From Chiloscyllium plagiosum (lineage: Eukaryota), in NCBI RefSeq assembly GCF_004010195.1, contig NC_057751.1, positions 9,367,611 to 9,431,610 on the forward strand: a DNA stretch of 64,000 nt. The letters run 5' to 3'. The notes below the pieces were generated by a model. It had not been told where the DNA came from and did not search any database. It saw only the letters and a list, made by a program, of their open reading frames with translations. This document shows positions 25,768 through 38,253 of this stretch, in pieces (the first letter of the stretch is position 1; each line of letters begins with the position of its first letter). The translations under genes and the position numbers were made by a program.

Positions 25768-27139
25768 CTATGACAGTAATATACATGTAAAAACATACAC
25801 CAAAACAAACAAACAAACATTCAGAATAAAATCAACCTTATGTTTCAATGAATATGGTTGGATTTTATTTATCTCAGGAATGTTACATAACACTTTTGGA
25901 CCAGGTGAGAGTTGATCTGGTCTTCCTGGTTCATTAGCACTGTGCCACAGAACCGTCAATTGTTGGGCTTCCCATGTTTTGCAACCGACCTGTCCAGAGT
26001 TGTTCTGGCATACCTTTGAAGCAGGTGACATTTCAACTGACATGGCTTAGTCCAAAAGAAGGACACTACCACTGCATCACAAGAGGCCTTGACTACAGAG
26101 TTTAACTTAGCCTTTCTTCAAAAAAAAGCAACCACTTCAGTGTTCACACGTGTTAAATGACTCCCATTCATCTTTCGAAGAAACTCAAATTTATATTTCC
26201 CCCAGGAACCTGGCCAAATATGGCATGGATGCAGTGAGGTGGGATTTGAACCTGGGTCCGCAGGCTCAGAGATAGAGACCATTACCACTGAACCAATGGT
26301 TATCTGCTTCGATCCGAAAAGGATGCAAGATGCACAGAAACCAAATGGTCCAGTGGGTTTCACCTGAAATTTACTTAACTATAAACCTAGTTTCAATCAC
26401 AACTATAGGACTCCATTTGTTGTCAACAAGGCTATTGCAGCAAATTAGTTTGCCTTTGAGAAGTAAAGTTTCTATGGAGCACCGCACAGGACGAGAAATA
26501 ATTCTTTCCAAAAAAAAACCAAAATCAAAAATGTCACCCTTAGATAACTGTGTGGACGAAGAACATATTTCGCCTTGAAGCCGTCTCCAGGATAAAATCA
26601 AGGCATAGTACTTCAATATTGACTTTGGGCTTGATCTTTATTGCAGCTCAGAATTTATTCAATTCAGTACTGAATTGAAACCGGATACAATTCAAGCAAA
26701 AACCTATTGAGGCAGCTAAGTCAGTGAAATGGCCTGAAATTCAGTTTGAATTCAAGGGGATTGTTCCTGTTGACACCTTGGTTTCCCAAGCAACATTGGC
26801 ATATCTGAAGTCAACAGTAAACTCACAAAAACATTGCAAGACAGAACCTTTTAAGATTTAAGCAGGAGTGAGTGAGGGGAGAGTTCAACAACTCACAATT
26901 GTTGTACACCAATAACTGCACTGAAACAAAACTTGATGGACAATACAGAATACGGAATGGGTGGTAACCTCCAAAACAGCCACGGGTCATTCAAAAAAGA
27001 AAAATGGGCGGACAAACCCTGGGCAGCTCATAAGAGGTCATGTGTTTTCAACTCTTTTAGGATTTGAGGAGGATGCAGATTGATCGTGAAACCATGACAT
27101 AATAATAATTCAAAAGTTATCCTAACTCCAAATATAGTT

Positions 27140-27303
27140 ACGTAATTGCTCCCTCAATTATCTAGCATTTGATTATCCAAATATCGGATTCTCCTGCAAG
27201 ATCGCAAGGTCCCAATGCTTGGGTAAACTATGTTACCCAGCATTCAATTAACCAAATGAATAACTCCTTACCCATGTCCTCAGATAATCAAGGTTGCTCT
27301 GTA
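27140..27303. mobile_element. Tc1/mariner(Tigger)-like MITE remnant
   Basis: Right end reads TA-CAGAGCAACCTTGATTATC on the reverse strand; repeated (c/g)attatc subterminal motifs at the left end. Confidence 0.4.
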
Positions 27304-29965
27304 TTTCTATTGCAAAGATCATTCTGTTTCTTAACGACTTTAAATTAAAGCAGACCAGCACAAGTGGCAGTGCTTAATGACCACACTGAATACAACTAAC
27401 ATGTAGTAGGATGACAAGGACATACAACATTAATTAGTCACAACCACATTCCCAATTCATTTCATTTTAGCACCACAGGAACACAAAGGCCTATCAAACC
27501 AAATCTCCTCCTTCCAGTTAAGTACAAAACAATCAGATTGGTGACTGCACAACTTACAGCAGCACACTTGAGGCCCTTATGTTCATAGCCCAGCAGGAAA
27601 CACACTTCTCACCAACCTCTCTTTTTAGGATCTCACACTCACTGCACCTGGCCCAGTCTTGGTCATCATCTGACAGCTCACTCTCCATTATCCACTTGTT
27701 CCTCCTCTCCCAAGGTTTGCATATCATAACTCAGATACCATATGCAAGTCAGCAGAAAGCAATTGCCTCTGTTTGGTGCCAAGAACTACAGTGATTGCAT
27801 CATCCACCCTGCCCTCGGAGGAGGCTGTTACAGTCAAGGGACAAAACGGAGGTCTCTTGGAGGTGCAGTGACAGTCTTCCTGCTTGGTTCAAATCTCACC
27901 TGCTTTCGAAAAGTGTACAATGACATCACTGAATGAAACTCCAAACCTTATACCCATGGTCAATTAAATCACAAAAGTAGGTTTTAACCAGAAGTTACCT
28001 GTCAGGAGCATAACTAATGCTTGTTACATGTTTTCGAAATCAAAGTAATTTTCATTTAACACACGTTCAGTCAGCATAAGAACTTTAAAGAACATATTAG
28101 AAGTGTAAAAACAATAGATGCAACTGCTCGTACAACATTTTCTAATTTGAGTGCAAACAGATTTTCAGGTTGTCTCTTGTCATGTCTCGCAAAACAAGTA
28201 ACATGGTAATTGCCCCTGCACAACGTCTATGTATCGCTTCTGTTGGAACTGACTCTTAATGAAGCGATGCAGTGACAAGTTATGAGCATTATGAACAGGA
28301 TCGGACTGTTTGACAAGTGAAAAAATATCAAAGCCAAGCTAAAACATTAATTAAAAGCCTAATTAGGTATCACTTTCTCCTTTTTATAAACCTATTCAAA
28401 AAGCGGTCAATGATCAAATTATTTGTGGCCCACAGGCCATTGTGTCATAAACCTATCAGAACATCTCATCAACTGCCTTGGCTGAAATAGTTGGCTCACC
28501 AAGCACAAGTATTTGGTTTTATACCAGCTCTTATTGCTCTCTCTGTTACAGTTAAATGCTGGGAATTGTACGTGAGGCAATCCATTTCAGTGAATTTGGT
28601 TTCATACTATGACTGTTGCGTAGCTATTACATCTCAAATCTTATTCAGAATAAAGAACTATTGCCAGTATTAAATGACATACTTGTGTTTTTGCATCCAT
28701 GACAAACCCTGAAGTGAAGGCTTCTAAATCTTGGTTCTCAACTCTGTGGATGAAGTACACAGAGTTATTAGTCAAATCAGGAAAGTACAATCACGAACCT
28801 GAATTCCACAACAAAAGGATAACTTCTTGAATTATCTGAAAGTTGTTGCGTTCCACAAAAAGACCCCATCAATACAGGCATTTCAATGATTCAAAAGTAA
28901 TGACTCTAGATCATTTTTAAATCTTTGTCAACTCACCTTAAACTTATGCCATCTAGTGTTGGACTCCACTACCCCAGGGAAAAGACCTTGCCTATTTAAA
29001 CTTTCCATGCCTTACAAGTTTCACAACATATTCGATACTATGGCTATAAGAGGTGAACACAACACCTTATGCTTACTACTAAACTAAGAAAGAGTTAGGG
29101 TCCAGATTACACTCTTAACATACTTTGAGAGTTTGATGTGCCCATAACACAAGCAATCATGCATCATTTGTTGAAAATTTATGAACCTTCCAAATAATGG
29201 TTTTGACTCAAATGCAGAGACAAACAAATGCTGATAAACTTTCGATCAAACTTGAACACCCATTATTATCCATATCTGCCTCGACTCCTAAAAGCAAACA
29301 CTCAATTTTGATATATAAAAATGAATTACAGTTACAGTAGGGACTGTCAACAGCAATCAATGCATTGGCCATTAATGCCCTCTGAAACATTAGCCCAATC
29401 TAAAAGAACCACCAGCTCTGACAACTGTTCCATCCAACATCATTAACCTTTTAATGTGGCAAACTGGTATCAAGGGTAAAATTTGCAACTGATACAATTG
29501 ATTGGAAATTTGTTTCATCTTCATTAACAGGACAGAGACATCTTTGGCCAAACGAGCATTTAATGCCCATAGTTAACTGCAAGAGCCATCAACAGTGCAG
29601 TGAGACTGCAGTCACATATAGACCAGACCAGGAAAGTACTGCCTTCCACAAAAAGGAGTGAATCAGATCTTTTTTTCTGAAAATGAATTATGGCTTCATG
29701 GTCTTTGGAATTCTTGATTTTTAAACCAGATTCAAATTCATTTCAGATTCGAACCCAGGTCCCCGAGAACATGACCTGGGTCAGTGGATCAATCATCTGA
29801 CGATGCTATCAGTCGGTCATTGCCTTCCTTTAATTCATACTCCAGAAACTGATGCATCAAGTAACATAACTTCAACCTCAGCGAGGACCTTTAAACCATT
29901 TGGTGATACATGCGGTTTCTTCCTGTGTTTCACAATCTGAGGAGATGGGAAATACCAGGACTTAC

Positions 29966-30029
29966 CAGCTTGAAACTTCAACCAGGCACTCAGCGATCAA
30001 AACAAACATCTGGATAAATTCAGCAGCGT
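29966..30029 (-). other. Candidate 5' exon 2 of the CDCA2-like gene
   Basis: Acceptor tttctcttgatag and donor CTG|gtaagt just downstream of the promoter. Confidence 0.35.
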
Positions 30030-30269
30030 CTATCAAGAGAAACAAAATCAAGGTTTAACATTACGACTTCCATTATCACTCTTGCAGAGTACCATCACCA
30101 TCGGAACACTGAACAAACTCGGAGGAAAACAGCTTCAGTGTGAATCGAACCCAAGGCTGGAATTAAGCAGCCGGTCTGATGCGGGCAAAATTCACTTTCG
30201 GAAACTCTCATCGTTAACTCTTAAGTTTTCTAGCTGTCAGACCTGCTAAATTACTCGTTAAATATCATG

Positions 30270-30760
30270 TCAGATGTCCGCATCGCGCAGTATTTGGAAG
30301 ATTGGAAACAACCCCTTCAATCGATACAAACTGCGCTCAATGGCGCACATCCCCAGCCCGCCCGTTAAATCAGCATTAAAACTCCACCAGCAAACAAACA
30401 CCCACCCACCGTCAATCACCAATATCGTTTCCAATACCAGACAAAGATAATTATTTCTGCGACGTGAGGTAGATGTTTGAGACACCTTACTGCTCCACTA
30501 CCCTCATGCCTCCAGAAAGGAAAATATTGGAAACGAGACCGGCGGGATTCGAATCGGGCCAATTGGAAGGGAGTTCAGGGGCCACGTGGGGACGGTTCCA
30601 ACCAGCTTGAGGAGGGCGACCGTTGGCGAGCCTGATCACGTGCTGCAGTTTGAAGTTTTGGGGGCGCGCGGTGCGGGAACGTCAATAACTGTCACTCAAC
30701 CGCTGCTCTCACTGCCACGTCTCTTCCGTCACGGTTTAAACTTATTTATTCTGCCTTCTC
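30270..30760 (-). promoter_or_regulatory. CpG-rich promoter and first exon of the CDCA2-like gene with cell-cycle elements
   Basis: CCAAT boxes at 30526 and 30559-30566; GGCGGG-A-TTCGAA (E2F/CDE plus CHR-like) at 30541-30553; CACGTG at 30583 and 30637; TTTGAA at 30649; GGCGCG at 30663; donor GCA|gtaagg at 30490. Confidence 0.7.
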
Positions 30761-31349
30761 TGGGCTTTGAAGCCTTCCACTGCTTCCCAGCATGACTCGA
30801 CCTACGAAAACGAAAAAAAACAACTGCGGATTATGCTGTCAATCTTGAAAAAAATATTGTTAGAGAAACTCAGCAGCCCTGACGGCACGATGAAAGCAGA
30901 ATTCATATTTCGGCTCCTGCGACCTTCATTTCAGAACGTATCCAGTTTTCTGCTCACTGGTTAGGACTGCAGATCAGTCAAAAAGCGCAGCATCCGTGGA
31001 GCAGAAGAGTCGTCGTTTCACGCATAAGCCCTTCAACAGGGCAGACGAACACTTGCCATGCATACTCCTTGCCCTGCCACGCCACACCCCCACCTCAAAT
31101 ATGAAACACTGCGATCTTTTAACTGTTCCTTGCCCAGACTATGGTTTGTAAGGTCTACGACCAATGTGGCCAAGTCTTCAAACCGAACATGATGTTTTTC
31201 TTCACTGTCGATTGCCAGAGTTTGGTGCACTTCCAGCTTCTCACCATCTGTGGACTTTGCTTTTACAGAGAGATGTCTGGACGAAGCTGATTTCTGGAAC
31301 GTCACTGAACTAAATTCGCGGTGCAGTTCACAGTGAACGTTATCTGAGT

Positions 31350-32420
31350 ATAACAGTACCTTGATTACATGGGCCAATGGGCTGAGATGGGGCAGGGAGA
31401 GTTTAATTTAGGTAAGTGTTGCATTTTGGTAAAGCAAAACGCGACAGGATTTTTCCACGTGAGGAGAGCCATGGTAAGTGTTAACCAATACTGAACTAAA
31501 AAAATGGAATTGCTTGTAGACAAATGATGAAGAAAGCATATTGCACACTTGCCTTAATTGGTCAGTGGATGGACCATGGGAGTTCAGATCTCATATTGAG
31601 GCTGAATAGTACGAGTTAGGCCACTTTTAGAGTACTGCATTCAGTTCTGGTATCCCTGTTCCAAGAAAGTTGTTCAGAGAATCCCAAGTGTGGAAATCGT
31701 CTATTTGGTCCAACAAGGCCACACTAATCCGCCAAGAAATCTACTACCCCCGACCCATTCCCCTACCTTAGTAGTCTACATTTACCCATGCCTAATGCAC
31801 TCAACCCATACATCCCTTAACACTTTGGTGAATTGGCCCTGCTAAATTGCCCAATTCTTTGGATGGAGGGAGGAAACCAAGGCACCCAGTGCAATCCCAC
31901 GCAGACACAGGGTAAAATGTACAAACTCTACATAGACAATTGCATGAGGATGGAATGGAATCTGGGTTCTTGGGGGTGAGGCGCAAAAGTGCTAACTACT
32001 GAGCCACTATGCAACCCATGAAAGGATTCAAAAAGGATTGCTTAGGTTGGAGGATTTTGAGTTAAATGGAGAGTCTGAAACTCTTTCCTCTGGATCATCA
32101 GAGGCTCATGGTAACCCAATCGAGGTTTACAAAATCATGAGGGACATAGTCCAAAATAAGAGGGTAAAAGGTTGAAGGTGAGAGGGGAAAGATGTAAAAT
32201 GGAGCTGAAGGGCAAATTTTTCACACAGAGGGTGATGCTTGTATGGAATTAAATGCCAGAGGAAGTGTTGGAGATACAAGAACATTTAGAAGGCACCTGG
32301 ATAGGTTCGTGAAAAGCATTTCAAGGGATACAAGCTCATTGCTGGCCCATAAAACAAACTCGCGAAGAATCAATTCAGTTTAGGACATCAGAACAGATTT
32401 ACAAGTTGGACCGATAGTTA
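31350..32420 (+). mobile_element. Decayed CR1 3' region with nested HE1 SINE
   Basis: RPLLEYCIQFWYP and KFFTQRVMLVWN remnants. Confidence 0.7.
31679..32015 (-). mobile_element. HE1-type V-SINE (diverged)
   Basis: V-domain and tRNA-like head on the reverse strand. Confidence 0.75.
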
Positions 32421-33530
32421 GACAACACAGAAATCAACCTATAACTTCTGGCAGACGCTCTAACATCTGCTAATATCTTGAAACAGAAGAGGCTGTTCAT
32501 TTATGCTGAATGAGCTATTGCCCTTAGCACTTGTCTTGCAAGCGAATCACAATTTTACAATGAACTGCTGACTAACAGCAAACCTCCAATTGCAGGTAAG
32601 AGATAGAGAATACAATAGCTCATTCAGAATAATGTTCATCACAAGATCACAGGATACTTTGAAATATATGTATGAGATATGCAGTGCCAGCTGTTGCACA
32701 GAACTGGAAGAAAAACATTCTTGTCTCTCTGGTATTATAATCTTTTATCAACGGAGGTAGACATGGCTCTACATTAAAAGACTAATCACTTCACAAATGA
32801 ACACAACCAGCCATGGCTTATGCAAAACATGACAGAGCAATACTTACTCACAATTTACAACTCAATTTTTGTTAAAGGTCATTCATAAAATAAAAAGGGA
32901 ACTGTGAATTTTAAATGGAGACGGTCTCATCTGACCTCACTGAAGATCATTCCTTTTGTCATGAAAGGGTAATAACCACTTCTTTGATACTGATTACAAT
33001 TTCACATTACTTTAAACTTACAATTTATCTCTTCACATGTTAAAAACCACCTTACACACAGTCCAGTGTTTGAAATTTCAAACATCTTTACAAAAAGAAT
33101 CTCACATACTATTGAGTCTTTTTGAAGGTAAAATTACAAAATGTTAGAAAATTTCATTTGTTTGAAATGTGGAGAACATCTGTAAATTGCAAAACATATT
33201 CTGAGTCGGAAGATCCAGAACAGATAAAGAAACCAAAATATTTCAAATGTGTTAGATTACAAAAATATGAATATTTGGCACTGTGACTGTCCATTCATTC
33301 ATATTGCACTGAACACAACTCCATGAGTTCCCATCCACCAGGAGACAAGAAATCATCCAACATAATACAAATATTTGTCATTGAGAGCAGGATGATGAAA
33401 GATAGGTCAGCCTGCGATAATCATCAAGCAAGGGGACAAATCCAGTCACAAAATTACACCTTTTTGTCAAGATCCTCACTTGTTGGGCCTCTTTATCTAA
33501 ATCAGCCAAAGCACTCATCTTTGCTTTGGT

Positions 33531-33536
33531 TTTATT
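33531..33536 (-). terminator. Candidate DDX56 polyadenylation signal
   Basis: AATAAA on the minus strand ~575 nt downstream of the stop. Confidence 0.35.
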
Positions 33537-34109
33537 ATACACTTGTGCCATCATATTGACATGTTTGTACATCTATATGTGAAAACCAGGAGAGAGTGTT
33601 GTGGTCTCTTTTGGCATCAAGAGAGGAACTGCTTCTTCTTTGCAGAGTAGAACACACCTGATTATATTGTGCACTAATGCAGTATGTCATGATGTGTGCA
33701 CACAGTGGTGGGTTTGGTGGCACTGCAGAGAACAGGAGAGAGATTCATGCAATTGGTATTGATAGCCAATTGCGCCTTCACAGGGCAACATTTCGAAGAA
33801 AGTGAATAAGGCTTAAAATTAAGTGCAACAACATTTTCATTTTATAAATGCCTTGCCAAAAGTAAAATTTTAAGCATTCATGATACATGGAAAGGTTGTA
33901 GCTCCACCAATTGACAAACAATTCAATCAAAGGCAATGTCTAATGGTGTTTTCAAACTAGAAATCCACATACTGTGCTATCACCACCTAGACAACATTGG
34001 TCTCAATTTTAGATTCGTCCATTCAACTGGGCCTAAATTGAAGGCACACAGACAACAGTTTCACATTCTGCCAAGCCACATCTTCTTAATGGATTCTGCA
34101 AGTTCTGCT

Positions 34110-34184
34110 TTAACTCGCACTTTTTGCCTTTCGCTTCTTCCCTTGGGAGGTGAAATGCTTGAGCGGGTTGCGCTTCATGTTTGG
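34110..34184 (-). CDS. DDX56: DDX56 exon 14 (last coding exon)
   Basis: PNMKRNPLKHFTSQGKKRKAKSAS*. Confidence 0.9.
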   Translation of the reverse strand, partial: PNMKRNPLKHFTSQGKKRKAKSAS

Positions 34185-34746
34185 CTTAAAAAAAAGGGAA
34201 AAACAGCCAACATTATTACTCATCTTACACAACACCAAAAGCAAAGCCACCATAACAGAATTTAAGAGGGTAGATAAATGAATGCAGATCTGTTGAAAAC
34301 ACAGCTGAAACACTGGTGACTGGCAAGTTAAATATAACATGTCTTCCAAATGCATCAAAGAATTATTTTGGACCAGACCAACTGAACATCTTCTTGCTGT
34401 TTGTTTCAGATTTCATTGGCAGTGGTCCCTGAAGAATGCATCCTCAAGCTCTCCACACTTCTTTCTCAAACCCACCCACTTCACCTGCATCACGCATAAC
34501 AATGCCTGAAGAGCATCAAAGCACCGTGGACAATTCCAAAATTTGTTACAGTAAAATCACAACACAGCAATACTGTCCTTCCATCCACCACACTTCAGCC
34601 ACATTTTACTGATAATAGTTGTGACAATGAATTTTGATTGGTACAGCCTTAATATACATATATAGCCAACAGCAAAATAATCTTTTGCTCAGCAAGTAAA
34701 AAAATAGGTCACACAATGTTTCTTCGGTTCGACTGTAGTCTCCCAC

Positions 34747-34844
34747 CTTTCTGTTTTTCTGAGTTGATTTTCCTGTGACCTTTCTTCGCCATCTTTTTCT
34801 TTTACTGATGAGGGGCTTCGTGATTCCTTTGAGGGTTTGGGGAA
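34747..34844 (-). CDS. DDX56: DDX56 exon 13 (basic, NLS/NoLS-like)
   Basis: PQTLKGITKPLISKRKRWRRK. Confidence 0.9.
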
Positions 34845-36570
34845 CTGGCAGGATTAAAATACAAGTTACTTGAACTGCCAAAAACAAACAACTGGAATTT
34901 ATTGAAGGAAAACAAAACAGTTCAGATGCTGAGAAGCTGAAATAGTAACCAAGTGCTGGAGAAACTCATCAGATCAGCAGCATGTGGAGAAAGAAACAGA
35001 GTTAGAGGCCAGGATGACTCTTATTGAGAACGATCAACGTCAAACATGAACTCGGTTTCTCACTGCACAGATGCTACCAAACTGGTTGAATTTCTCCAAC
35101 ACTGTTTGTATTCCATTAAAATATTACTTGCCCGCTTCACTGCTACAATGTCAGGGGCAAATTCAGAAGCTATGGGGACAACACTTTTTAAAGCAGGAGT
35201 GAATTAACTTCAGGTAGCGTGGTACTGATGTGCTGAGTTTATCAGCATTGCCAACTGAGAGGTAAAAGATGAGAGACCTGGCCATTTTTGCGACCAAGGC
35301 AAGTTCAGGTCAAACTTGACAGTTCAGGGAGGTACAAGTTTGCCGACCAAGAACTATGACTCAGTACAAACTCATTCTTTTCCTGCATTACCAATGACTT
35401 AGATTAAACTATACATTGTCAATGGAACAAACAGTTTAAAAAGTGGTTCATTCTCCTTCTCAACAACCAAGAAACAACTGAACTCAAAACTTCCTCCGAC
35501 ACTTTCCTGCATGTTCTAGTTATTTGAAATCTTCTTACTTTATGTAAATTTGATTTACATTTGTCTAAGCAACTAATGACTAATACTTCTTTTGCCAATT
35601 AAATTATTGAAGTTTTTCTGCAATTCCATTTCTTGCCATCCTTTTTAAATTGTATATTCCAAACTATCACGGAAAATAATTCCATGATATAATCTAGTGA
35701 TCTGGAGAAGGAGACAAAGCATGTTTGACTGAGTACAAGTCGTGTACTCATAAGTGCAAATTAATACTGCAACTACCTAGGTTTTGCTAGTTTTTGAGAA
35801 GTATATGAGATGTGATGGATGAATAGCACCAAGATTATCTCTTTCTTTCTTACCACCTGCATTCTTTTTCTATGTTATTTGAATTTCATCTTGACTTCTC
35901 TTGTAAGCAACTTCTTGCACTTGCTTTCTATTCGTACATTTTTCTCTTTGAGATGAGTCCGTGCACTCTCAATGTTCAGAGTCACCCTGAGGCTAATCTT
36001 GTACAAAACTGGAGTTTGATTAGGAATGATCAGCAAAGGTCATGTCATGATTATGAACACCAGGTCGGCTGTTGAAATGATTGCAATAATCTCCCTGCTA
36101 TTTAAGTGTTGCAACTGTACTCTGGCCAAATAAACTCTGTCTTGGCATCAGTGGAGCAAAGTGGACTCAAACAGTTTTCTGACTTTCAACAGTTTCCCCA
36201 CTACTTCTGCCCTATTAAAATTTTGGGAACCCTTCTGGCCAAGATTTCATTAATTAAAAATCAATCACCATCTCCTTGTAGTTTTACAGTCTACATCACC
36301 AGTATACGTTCATCTCAGATAGGGAGAACATCTGTTCTTAAAATACTCTCATAATCCTTTTTGCTGGTCATCTGAATATTGAAGCTCCTGTACCTTTTAT
36401 TTCAAATCACCTGATTAACAAATAGCATCTATACACTACAGCAGCAAATGATATTCTCCCAGCACAGATCATTTGAACCAGGTCTCTGTGTTGGAGTGAC
36501 AATGTCTTTCTTCCAGTGGATCACACAGGTAGGACTGGGCACATTTGCATCCACTGGGCAGGCTACTCAC

Positions 36571-36676
36571 TCAAGTAATCCGGTACATTCTTCAAATGTG
36601 GCTTCACAATAGCAGGATGCAGAGGTTTATCATGTCGCAACAAATTAAAGTCTCGAGGATTGTCCTCAAAATAGGT
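36571..36676 (-). CDS. DDX56: DDX56 exon 12
   Basis: [35 protein letters not shown]. Confidence 0.95.
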
Positions 36677-36842
36677 CTGCAAGAAAAGAACATGCTCACT
36701 GCAGAACATTACTTTGACATGGAGTTTTATTAAACTACCTTAACACTCATTTTTAATTTTCCTGGAGCTACCTCTCTATGATCAGACTGCTACTGCAAAT
36801 ATCTCAGCGCATAAGAAGAGCAATAGAGTTCCACTTTCTCAC

Positions 36843-36932
36843 CTTCAGTTTCTCAGAGTTGAGCAGTTCCTGTTTGATTTCCTTGATGCGAGCCTCTTTG
36901 ATTGATTGTTTTGTAACTGAACGCATGGCATC
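36843..36932 (-). CDS. DDX56: DDX56 exon 11
   Basis: DAMRSVTKQSIKEARIKEIKQELLNSEKLK. Confidence 0.95.
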
Positions 36933-37477
36933 CTACCAAGAAATAAAAATATACCTCAATTAACTGCCAGGACAAACGCAATACTCTGGAAACATCTCAA
37001 CATGAACAGTAGCATCACCTTCTCAAGAACGACTTGGTTATTTGCACAATGTATTTAACCCAAAAATCCGCATGAATTATTAGCATTTTAGATCAAACAA
37101 CATGTGTAAATTTCAAAAACTATGCTTCCATTCTGTGATAATGCTTTTATCATGAATGGTGATGGTACTTTGCACTCAGTATTTTCTTCATTGATGAGAA
37201 ATGCCTTTCACGTCATGGCAGCACCATATCCATGTGCATACTGCTTCATAATACCATCTTCATTTTCATGTCTAAATGCTTATAGATGACTTCATAGTAG
37301 TGAAATGCATAATGATCAAAATAAAAGTCCTGGGACAAGGCACTGCAGACAGCAGATAAAGACAAAACTGATTAAATGGCTGACTTGTATGCAGTCAGCA
37401 ACAGAACCCCCCCAAGAGTCTGGGAGAGGCAGCACAACAATGAACAGCAAATTTCACATCGTCTGTGTCGACCATAC

Positions 37478-37551
37478 CTTACACCGATAGCGGAAGCCCT
37501 CAATCTCCTCAATGCGAAACTGATATGGTTTCAAAGCACAGTCCAAATTCT
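37478..37551 (-). CDS. DDX56: DDX56 exon 10
   Basis: LKPYQFRIEEIEGFRYRCK. Confidence 0.94.
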
Positions 37552-37780
37552 CTGTCAACACAAAGCAATGAACATTAATACAATTACAGGACATGAAACA
37601 TTTCACACACTCATGTTGCTGAAAACAGAAGCTTTTCTCAATGACTGAGGATGAAAGATGAAATGGGTTTCTGGGGACAGCAGAAACATGGAAGATATTG
37701 CATCATTGGTACAACATGCACCACAATTTCTGCATATCTTGCTCTGCTGCCATCGTCCAGGGTGGTGAATAGGCTTTTAA

Positions 37781-38253
37781 CAAAGTTTGGGAGAAGATTT
37801 GTAACTCTGGTGCTCGTTGTTGTGGTTCTGTTCGCTGAGCTGGGAATTTGTGTTACAGACGTTTCGTCCCCTGTCTAGGTGAAATCCTCAGTGCTTGGGA
37901 GCCTCCTGTGAAGCGCTTTTGTGACGTTTCCTCCGGCAATTATAATGATTTGTATCTGCCGCTTCCGGTTGTCAGTTCCAGCTGTCCGCTGCAGTGGCCG
38001 ATATATTGGGTCCAGTTCGAGGCATGGCACTCATCCACAGATTTTATCAATAAGCACATCGACCTGGACCCAATATACCGGCCACTGGAGCGGACAGCTG
38101 GAACCGGCAGCGGCAGATACAAATCACTATAAATGCCGAAGGAAACGTCACAGAAGCGCTTCACAAGAGGCTCCCAAGCACTGAGGATGTCACCTAGACA
38201 GGGGACAAAACGTCTGCAACACAATTTCCCAGCTTGACGAACAGAACCACAAC
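37781..38253. mobile_element. Penelope-like inverted pLTR pair in DDX56 intron 9
   Basis: Same family as 5863-6570 (FEAWHSSTDFINKHIDLDPIY); arms ~37781-38015 (-) and ~38016-38253 (+); imperfect TSD aggcttt(t)a. Confidence 0.85.

Larger units (their letters stand above)
1877..30540 (-). other. CDCA2: CDCA2 (Repo-Man)-like gene model; phase-consistent coding exons 22643-22299, 20994-20734, 11084-10966, 9942-9822, 7326-7091, 5358-5268, 2858-2134, possibly 1918-1877; 5' exons unresolved
   Basis: Motifs in CDCA2 order: TPMHFSVVTENQLGVT, RRTSSVGARGSPETNSLICYIA, LKSKMTGFVDVF, KKKVTFGELSPEVFDKRLLSNTPLRAG; all junctions GT-AG with matching phases. Confidence 0.85.

Noticed and set aside
18880-26290. 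tRNA-like B-box sequences near 18880, 19010 and 26235 as tRNA genes
   Set aside because: No complete cloverleaf; consistent with decayed tRNA-derived SINE heads
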